Shown: positions 13,318 through 20,700 of the stretch, one piece after another
Position numbering within the stretch: position 1 is the first letter of the stretch
How the letters are laid out: every line of letters begins with the position of its first letter
Source: Myxococcota bacterium
Lineage (GTDB): Bacteria; Myxococcota_A; UBA9042; PHBI01; JAWLBL01
NCBI GenBank assembly: GCA_041687695.1
Contig: JAWLBL010000045.1
Location: 1 to 32,250 of the forward strand
Direction: 5' to 3'
Length of the DNA: 32,250 nt
Program-made: the position numbers and the translations under genes
The notes under the pieces: model-generated
What the model was told of the DNA's origin: nothing
What the model saw: only the letters and a program-made list of their open reading frames with translations
Databases searched by the model: none

Positions 13318-13602
13318 TCAGCCCTCGAAGCTCCAGGTCGCGCCAGCGGGCAAGGCCAGGACCTGGCCGCACCCATAGCAGAGCAGCCGCGGGTCGCTCG
13401 ACGCGTCGTCGGGCCAGGGCTCCTCGGCGCCAGCGACCGTCAGCCCCCCTGACGGATCCACGCCCTCCACCCCGCGGTAGGTGGTGACCTCTTCGACGAA
13501 GTAGAACGCCGGGCGTCCCAGGATGCGCGGCTCGTCGCTGCGGGCTCCGCAACGCGGACACTCGATGGCCCCATCGCCCACCGTCGCCGTCGCTCGCTTC
13601 AT
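13318..13602 (-). CDS. Small Zn-ribbon-like protein (94 aa; CPRC...CYGC)
   Basis: Strong RBS GAGGAGG upstream of ATG 13602, 19 bp after the mcrC-like stop. Two CxxC pairs. Confidence 0.7.
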   Translation of the reverse strand: MKRATATVGDGAIECPRCGARSDEPRILGRPAFYFVEEVTTYRGVEGVDPSGGLTVAGAEEPWPDDASSDPRLLCYGCGQVLALPAGATWSFEG

Positions 13603-13621
13603 CTCGACCCTCCTCGTTCGA

Positions 13622-15022
13622 TCAGCTCGCCAGCGCTTCACGCAGCGCCCGCAGGCTGGCCTCGCGTTGCTCGGGGCCGCGGAAGCCGAAGGGCAAGGAC
13701 GCCAGCATCACCCGCACCCGCCGCCGCCCCGAGGTGACGGACGCCAGGGTCGTCGTCGGTCGCGCGTCGAGCCCCAGCGCCGGATACAGCAGCACTGTGT
13801 CGACCCGCGGCGCGTCCGACAAGCTCGCATAGGCCAGCGCCTGGTGCAGATCGGCGCGGTGCTGCGCTTGCAGCGGCTCACTCAGGCCGGCCCAGCCGTG
13901 CCGCGCCAGCAGCTGCAGATGGGGCTTGTACTTGGCGTCGATCCACACGACGTGCTCGGGGCCGCGCAGCTCGACGTCGGGCGCCAACGACTCCATCGAC
14001 GCCACTCCGGACCACTGCAGAGCCCGGCGTGTGCCTCCGAACGGGCTACCCACCAGCCCCAGCATCCCGCCCAGCTCCCCGGCCACCGCCGAGACCCAGG
14101 CCTCCCAGACCTGGTCGACCGCCAGGCTCCAGGCCAGCCCGTCCAGCACCCGCGCGCCGCCCAGGCCGCGCTCCTCGGCGATCCAGCCCATCCCCTCGAC
14201 CGCCGCGCGGATCCACTCGCTGACCGCGGTCGACGCCCACGAGGCCGGCGGCCGCCGCGCCTGCCCCGCGCCCACCGACAGGCTCAGCTCGCGCGCCCGG
14301 GCGACCAGCTTGCGCGCGATCGGCGCGTCCGGTACCGCCCGCAGCTCCTCCTCCAGCCGCCCTAGCGTCCAGCGCACGGCCGACAGCAGATCGGGGTCGT
14401 CGTCCGGCTCCGAGAAACGACACGGGAAGCTGGTCCAGCGGCCACTCGGGACCTGCCGCGTCGCCCACCGCGACCACTCGACCGCGCCCCGCGGGCTGCC
14501 GCGCTCCTCGCTGCGCGGGACGAAGGCGCGCCGCCGATGGTTCAGAAGCCCCGCGATGCGCTCCAACACCGGCCCCGCCAGGATCCAGGGCGGCACCTCG
14601 CGCGCCGACCCGGGGACCAGGTGGGTCCCGCCCAGCGTCGGCTCGACCGCGAAGCCGATCGCCCCGAACACCGCCCCCAGGGCCGACCAGTCGAAGCGAG
14701 GCTTGACCAGCACGCCCGCAACGACCCGCCGGGTGGCCGGCGACACCAGCGGCGCCGCGCCGACCCGCCGCCCCGGATGCAGCAGCACGCGTGGCCGTGG
14801 ATCGATGCGCACCTCGGGCCGCAGCTCCAGCCGCGCCAGCTCGGCCCGGTTGGCCTCCAGGAAGGGCTCGACCCAACGGTCGCTCTTTGGCCCGACGTCC
14901 GTGTCGTGCACGGCGACCGGATCGCCCTGGTCGACGGCGCGAAACAGCGGCCGCGTCGCGACCTCGGCCGCCAGCAGCCGCCCGGCCCGCGAGCGCCCGC
15001 GCTGGGTGCGCCCTCGGCTCAA
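13622..15022 (-). CDS. mcrC: McrC-like PD-(D/E)XK restriction endonuclease subunit (about 466 aa)
   Basis: LAPDVEL...WIDAKYK...ADLHQALAY catalytic signature, immediately downstream of the mcrB-like gene. A TTG at 15022 overlaps the mcrB TGA (TTGA). The start is inferred. Confidence 0.85.
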   Translation of the reverse strand: MSRGRTQRGRSRAGRLLAAEVATRPLFRAVDQGDPVAVHDTDVGPKSDRWVEPFLEANRAELARLELRPEVRIDPRPRVLLHPGRRVGAAPLVSPATRRVVAGVLVKPRFDWSALGAVFGAIGFAVEPTLGGTHLVPGSAREVPPWILAGPVLERIAGLLNHRRRAFVPRSEERGSPRGAVEWSRWATRQVPSGRWTSFPCRFSEPDDDPDLLSAVRWTLGRLEEELRAVPDAPIARKLVARARELSLSVGAGQARRPPASWASTAVSEWIRAAVEGMGWIAEERGLGGARVLDGLAWSLAVDQVWEAWVSAVAGELGGMLGLVGSPFGGTRRALQWSGVASMESLAPDVELRGPEHVVWIDAKYKPHLQLLARHGWAGLSEPLQAQHRADLHQALAYASLSDAPRVDTVLLYPALGLDARPTTTLASVTSGRRRVRVMLASLPFGFRGPEQREASLRALREALAS

Positions 15023-16536
15023 AGCCCCGACCCGCCGACCTGCTGTAGCCGCGCCTCGACCCGATCGGCCAGCGCGGCGATGGCCTCGCTGGCCCCGCCG
15101 CACAGGCGCTCGGCCAGGTAGTCGCGCAGCAGCGGCAGCAGCTCGAAGCGCAGCCGCCGCGCGACCCTCGCCTCGCGTCCCTCCGGCGCCTGGTCGCCCC
15201 AGGGGTCCAGGAAGTAGGCGTGCCCCGGGATGAGCTGCAGCGTCTCGTCGTCGGCGTACTCGGTGAAGGTGTGGACCACGTCCTGGAACAGATCGATGGC
15301 CAGCGGCACGCCCTGCTGCTCCACCGCGTCCAGGTCGGGCCACATCGGCACGAAGGCGAAGCGCCGCCGGATGGCGACGTCCATGCGCGCGATGCTGCGG
15401 TCGGCCGTGTTGCGCGTGCCCAGCACCAGCAGGTCGCGGCTCAGCTGGAGCTCGGACCCCTCGCCCTCGGGTGTGTGCGGCAGCCGCACCGAGCGCTCCG
15501 ACTCGCCGACCTCGAACAGCACCACCGCCTCGCCCAGCACTCGCGCCAGATCCGCGCGGTTGATCTCGTCCAGCACCAGCAAGTGCTCGCCCTCGCGCGC
15601 CTTGGCGTTGGCGACCAGCAGGTCCCCCGGTCGCACCTCGAAGGCCAGCCCGCCCGCGGTCGGCTTCGGATACAGCCCCACCACGAAGTCCTCGTAGGTC
15701 CGCGCCGCGTGGAACTGCACGTTGGTCGACGAGCCGACTTGCTCGGCCAGCTGATAGGCCAGCCGTGTCTTGCCGGTCCCCGGCGGCCCCTCCAGCACCA
15801 CGAAGCGGCGCTCGCGCAGCAGCCTCAGCACCTCGGCCGCGTCCAGCGCCGGAAAGACCGCGCCGCTCATCGCGGTCAGCCGCTGCTCCCATCGTTTCCC
15901 AGCCGCTCCCGTGACGGGGATCCCATGTTCGCTGAAGAACAAATCCAGCAGATCGGCCACCGCTTCAGTATCGGTCTGCGAACGCACCGTTACCGCGGCG
16001 TAGATGTGCCGGGAGTAGCTCTTGAGGGCCTTGCTTATGTCCGGCCAGTGTTCAGTTGTCGGAGTGGGAACCGGCTGACCAATGTCCAGAAGATCCGGCT
16101 TGACCCATAGCGCGCCTCGATGCAGCCGTGACAGCGCTCGCAGCCGTCGCCCGTGCCCCGGACGCCCCAGGATCGCTGTGTCGGCCCCGAAGCCGTCGGT
16201 GCCGATGACCAGCACCGCCACGCTGCCCTGTTCGGCCGGCATCCAAACGAAAGAGGTACCTTGGTACGGACCCGAGGTCGGGTTCTCGGAGGTGATCCAG
16301 CCGGCGTATGAGGCGTTGTCGTCCTTCTTCGGCAGGTTGACGCGCTTCTGGAATCGCTCCCGATAGTGCGCCTGCGAATTGAACCTCTCGTCGTAGACCC
16401 GGTCCATCAGCCCGCGCACTGCGTCCGTGTCGCCCATCAAGGACCAACCACGGCCCGCGGCCATCCCCTCGATCAACTCATCGAACGCCGTCGTCGCCAC
16501 GCGCCCCTCCTCGTCCTGGTCCAGCGCAGCCGACAT
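15019..16536 (-). CDS. mcrB: McrB-like AAA+ GTPase subunit of a modification-dependent restriction system
   Basis: Walker A GPPGTGKT, QFH..TYEDFV.G, Walker B LDEINRA, McrB signature GTRNTADRS, D.AIRRRF and GHAYF. Confidence 0.93.
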   Translation of the reverse strand: MSAALDQDEEGRVATTAFDELIEGMAAGRGWSLMGDTDAVRGLMDRVYDERFNSQAHYRERFQKRVNLPKKDDNASYAGWITSENPTSGPYQGTSFVWMPAEQGSVAVLVIGTDGFGADTAILGRPGHGRRLRALSRLHRGALWVKPDLLDIGQPVPTPTTEHWPDISKALKSYSRHIYAAVTVRSQTDTEAVADLLDLFFSEHGIPVTGAAGKRWEQRLTAMSGAVFPALDAAEVLRLLRERRFVVLEGPPGTGKTRLAYQLAEQVGSSTNVQFHAARTYEDFVVGLYPKPTAGGLAFEVRPGDLLVANAKAREGEHLLVLDEINRADLARVLGEAVVLFEVGESERSVRLPHTPEGEGSELQLSRDLLVLGTRNTADRSIARMDVAIRRRFAFVPMWPDLDAVEQQGVPLAIDLFQDVVHTFTEYADDETLQLIPGHAYFLDPWGDQAPEGREARVARRLRFELLPLLRDYLAERLCGGASEAIAALADRVEARLQQVGGSGL

Positions 16537-16568
16537 ACCACACCCGATCCGGCCCCACCAACAGCACG

Positions 16569-16600
16569 AAGGCCCCGCCGGCGGCTGCCGACGGGGCCTT
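16569..16600 (-). terminator. GC-rich stem-loop between the helical-protein gene and mcrB (possible terminator or processing site)
   Basis: Minus strand AAGGCCCCGTCGGC-AGCC-GCCGGCGGGGCCTT: 14-bp stem with one G-U pair. No strong U-tract. Confidence 0.45.
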
Positions 16601-16624
16601 GGGGGAGGGCCGCTCCCGGGCGGG

Positions 16625-17338
16625 TCAGGCGACCGGCTCGGAGGTAGGCTCGGGCGGGGCCGCCGGGGCGGGGGCGGGGCGGGACTCGGTCACCTGGAGG
16701 TCCTTGAAGAAGAGGCGGTATTCGCCTTCGCGGCCCAGGACGGCCAGCAGCGCGCGGGTCGCCGGCTTGGCGACGCGGTTGTAGACCTTCAGAAAGTGGT
16801 CGCGAGCTGCGGTCAGGCCGGCGGTGGCGACGATCGACTCGGCGCGGGTGCTCTGCGAGCCGTTGACCAGGGCGTACAGCGCCTCGCGGTCGCCGCTCAG
16901 ACGCGTCTTCCAGTCCTGCGCCTCGGGCAGGGCGGCGTGGGCCGGCGCCTCGAAGCCACGCAGGATCTCGTCGACCCGCTTGAGCAGATCGGCCGGCTTG
17001 AGGCCCGAGAGGTTGCCCTTGCGCCCGCCCTTGAAGAAGACGGCGACGTCCACCACCACGGCCTCGTCGAGCTGCGCCAGGTAGCTCCAGAAGTAATCGA
17101 CCGAGCGGCGCGCCCGCGTCATCACCGCGTCAGCGCCGGCCACGGCCAGCCGGGCTTCACTGCGTCGCACTCCCGTAGCCAGCAGCTCCGCGTCCATTCG
17201 TGCCACGGCGTCGGCGACCAGCGCGCGGATCGCCTCCATGTCCACGATGGCATGCGCGCCGATGAGCCGCTTGCACTCGGTGACGAAGTAGTCGCCGTAC
17301 TCACCCACCTCGAGATAGTCGATGTAGCTGTCCGCCAT
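16625..17338 (-). CDS. Hypothetical alpha-helical protein (237 aa) with Pro/Ala-rich tail
   Basis: GAGGAG RBS at 17345-17350, natural amino-acid composition and amphipathic helices. No motif recognised. Confidence 0.85.
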   Translation of the reverse strand: MADSYIDYLEVGEYGDYFVTECKRLIGAHAIVDMEAIRALVADAVARMDAELLATGVRRSEARLAVAGADAVMTRARRSVDYFWSYLAQLDEAVVVDVAVFFKGGRKGNLSGLKPADLLKRVDEILRGFEAPAHAALPEAQDWKTRLSGDREALYALVNGSQSTRAESIVATAGLTAARDHFLKVYNRVAKPATRALLAVLGREGEYRLFFKDLQVTESRPAPAPAAPPEPTSEPVA

Positions 17339-17438
17339 CTTGCGCTCCTCCGGGTCGTAGGGGGTAGGGCGTTCAGGACTAGCACGGGTGCCGCCACGCT
17401 CGCAACCCGACCCCCAGACGCCGGGCGGAGGTCGGCGA

Positions 17439-17730
17439 CGCGTCCCGAGGTTCGTGATCGGCGCCTGGCCTGCCGAGGCATCGATCCCGAGGCTCGGGAT
17501 GGGCGCCTTGGCCGGCAGGTGTCGATCCCGAGGCTCGTAAAGGGCGCCTTGGCCGGCGATGTGTCGATCCCGAGGCTCTGGGTGGGCGCCTGGGCTGCCG
17601 AGGTGTCGATCCCGAGGCTCGTGAAGGGCGCCTGGGCTGCCGAGGTGTCGATCCCGAGGCCCGGGATGGGCGCCTGGTCTGCCGAGGTATCGATCCCGAG
17701 GCTCGGCGCAGACACCTGGGAGGCCAAGGT
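17439..17730. repeat. Tandem array of about 7 degenerate 42-bp units (core TCGATCCCGAGGCTC-N6-GGCGCCT)
   Basis: Core starts at 17481, 17522, 17564, 17606, 17648 and 17690 (spacing 41, 42, 42, 42, 42), plus a degenerate copy at about 17439. Confidence 0.92.
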
Positions 17731-17748
17731 CCGCCCGGAGGGACGCGG

Positions 17749-20700
17749 TCAGGGTTGCGGCGTCAGCCAGACCACGAGGCTATCGCATTCGAGGCCCTGG
17801 GCGCGCAGCTGTCCCAGCGGCGTGTCGGGTCCCTCGGCGACCAGGGCGCCCAGACGCGCCGTCAGATCGACCGCGCGCCCCTCCTTCAGGACCCCAACGA
17901 GGCGCCACGAAGCGCGGCGTCCCGCGCCATGGGCCGAGCGCCGGAAGGACGTGATCTGGTTGAGGCTCAGGTGGACCGACCACAGACCACGCGCTTCGGT
18001 GATGGCTTTGGTCTCCCAGCAGACGGCCTGCAGCGCCGCGCCGTCCTCAGCGAGCCCCAGGAGGTCGAAGCCGGCGTTGCCCCACCGCTTCGAGACGTGC
18101 AGGCCAGACTTCAGCGACTCCGGGGCCGGCGTCTTGGTCCACATCGTCAGCGCCTCGTCCAGCGCATCGGCCGTCCGGCTCCGCGTCGGGACCGCCTGCA
18201 GTAGCACGGCGATGGCCTCGTCGAGTCGGCCGGCGTGGCGCGAGGCCGTCAGCAGCTCGTGCGTGCGCTTGGCCAGATATTCCAAGGCCGCTCGCTCGGC
18301 GGCGTCGCCGGCCTCGGCCTGCACGGCGGCGCGTCGCAGGTAGTGCTCGGTCGTCGCGGGCGTCAGGACCTTTTCCTGGCCACGGTCATCCGGCGCGACC
18401 AGCGACGGCGGAGGTGCGCCGTCATAGGTGCTCAGCCGAGTCACCGGGTCGAAGTGGACGGGGCGCCAGTCGTGGAGCCAGGCCTGCAGCGCCTCGGCCG
18501 AACGCGGCGCTCGGTCGCCTTCCTTCGAGCGCAACCACGCGTGCGTCACCGCCGCCGGCTCGAAGCGCCATCGCTGTAGGCGCGGGCCGACGTGGTGGTC
18601 GAGGTCGGCGAGCCCAGCGCCGCCATCCTCCGTGTAGGCGTCCAGCAAGGCTAGGAGCGCCCGCCGGTGGAGCTGCTTCCAACGTCCCCACGCCTCACGG
18701 TGCGCGGAGTGGAAGTCGAAGACCGGGAGGAACCGCGCGCACTCCAAGGCGTCGGGGTGCCGGGCCAGCCCCGCGGTGAGGGTCTGCTCGTCGGCCTGGT
18801 CGGCCTCTTCGGTGGCGCCGGGGAGGGCGACGAGGTCGTCGGGCACCAGCCGCTGCGGCCACCCCGAGGGATCGAAGGCGACCCTCGGCGCGAGGCCGCA
18901 GCGCGCCAGCGTGTCGAGCAGCGCCTGGCGCAGCCGCGCCAGCTGCGGCCCGGGCAGGGGCTGCAGCGCGCGCTCATAGGGCCCCTTGAGGACCACCGCT
19001 GCCTCGCGTTCGAGCCGCGCGTCGAGGGCCTTCGTGTCGCGGTCGCGGTCAACCCACCCCAGCGCCTGAGCCAGCACCGGGGTCAGCTGCCGGTTGCCCA
19101 GCACCCAGTCGGCCAGGAGATCGGCGAAGGGCTCCAGATCGACGTCGGCGGCCTCCGCGACGAAGTAGGCGTCGATGCTGCTCTCGTCCTTGCCGCGATC
19201 GGGGCGCGACATCGCTACCCGAGGTGTCGTGTCCTTCGTGTCCAGCCGCCCGTCGGGGACGGTCAGTCGCATGTGCAAGGTCAGCCGCTCGACCTGCCGC
19301 AGCCGCAGTCCCCGCCAGCGGTCGGCGCACTGCTCGGGCAGCGGCACCGGGATGCGTGTCGCCTCGGCCAGCGCGAACAGGCTCGGGAGCAGTCGTTCGA
19401 GGCGGACGCGCACCTCGCTGGCCTTCGACGGCACGGACTCGGCGCCGGGATCGAGCGCCTCGTCGAACTTGATGGTGCGGGACTGGACCCAGGTCGGAAC
19501 GGAGTCTCCGCGCTGGGCCACGTCGGCCGTGGCGACGGTCAGGCGCGGGAAGTGGCGCCGCAGGCGTTCGCGGTCGCCGCCGTCGGTGGCGAAGACCAGG
19601 TCGTCGGGCAGGCGCCAGGCCAGCTCGCGCGAGGCGAAGGAGCGTGCGTCGTCCGCCCCGACCCAGGCGAGCATCGGCAGGGGGGCGCAGTGCGCGCCGG
19701 CGGCGCTGGAGATGGCTTCGACCAAGGGTCCCATCAACTCGATGAGGGCGGTGCGGGCTTCGGGGCGCTGTTGGAGGCGGGTCAGGTCGAGACCGCGGGC
19801 CGCCTGTAGCAGAGCGATCGCTCTCGCAGCGTCGCCATGGCGCAGGTCCGACTGCTCCAGACCGTCGGCCGCCCCGAGCTCGATGAGCCATGAGAGGAAT
19901 TCGCGGCGCAACTTGGAGGCGTGGGGTGGCCGCGCGAACCCCCAGACCACGTGAAAGAGCCGGGAGCTGCTGGGCAAGACGACGATCTCGCGCGGGGCGA
20001 GGGCCTCGCGGGGGGGCCCGAAGGCGGCGGGCGAGGGCAGCGGACGCGCGGCCCGTTCGCCGTCGGGATGGGCCAGCGAGGTGGGCACCCAGGGCCAGGT
20101 GGCCAGCGGTTCACGGACGCCTGGGACGTCGAGCAGCGCTCGCAGCCAGGGACGCAGCTCGTGGAGCAGCGGGTGGAGCCAGGCCCCCGGCGGCCTGCCG
20201 AGGGTCGCCAGCGCCGCGGGTGGCGTGGCGACGTGTCCTCCGGGCGAGCGGAAGTACAGGGCCGGCGGACTCGCCAGCGGCGGCACCAGGCCATCGTCGG
20301 CCCCCTCGACGAGGACCAGGCGCGCTCCCGAGGGTAGGCGCTCGGACAGCGGCGTGACGCCCAGGAACGCCAGAAAGGCGGTGACCAGCTTCGCATCGGC
20401 GTCGGGGAGCCCCAGGGCCTCGACCCGGACGTTGGCGAGGGTCAGCTGGCGGGCCGGCTCCCAGTGGTCGTCCGTGGTGGGCAAGAACAGCGTCCCCAGG
20501 GCGCGACCGGCTCCCCGAGCGTCCGAGGCGTCCGGCTCGCGCAGCCACCAGCCCCAGCCGTAGCGCTCGGGCTGCCCGGCGGGCGGCTCGTTCTGGTTGC
20601 CCAGCCTGCGGCGGAAGAGGTCGAAGGCGAGGCGGATGAGCCCGCGCTGCTGGTCGCTGGCGATCCTCGGGTCCTGGTGCAGCGGATCGCACCAGCAGCG

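Noticed and set aside
15023..15892. N-terminal extension of the 756-aa ORF 13622..15892
   Set aside because: It overlaps mcrB in another frame with Arg/Gly/Ala-rich junk. McrC-like sequence starts near the TTGA overlap at 15022.
17122..17727. 201-aa minus-strand ORF (SLGIDTSAAQAP repeats) and plus-strand ORF 16427..18343
   Set aside because: The repeat frame is broken by the 41-bp unit, the remainder overlaps better-supported genes, and there is no RBS.
17439..17730. CRISPR interpretation of the 42-bp array
   Set aside because: Variable parts are only about 6 bp plus point changes. There are no unique spacers, no leader and no cas genes.
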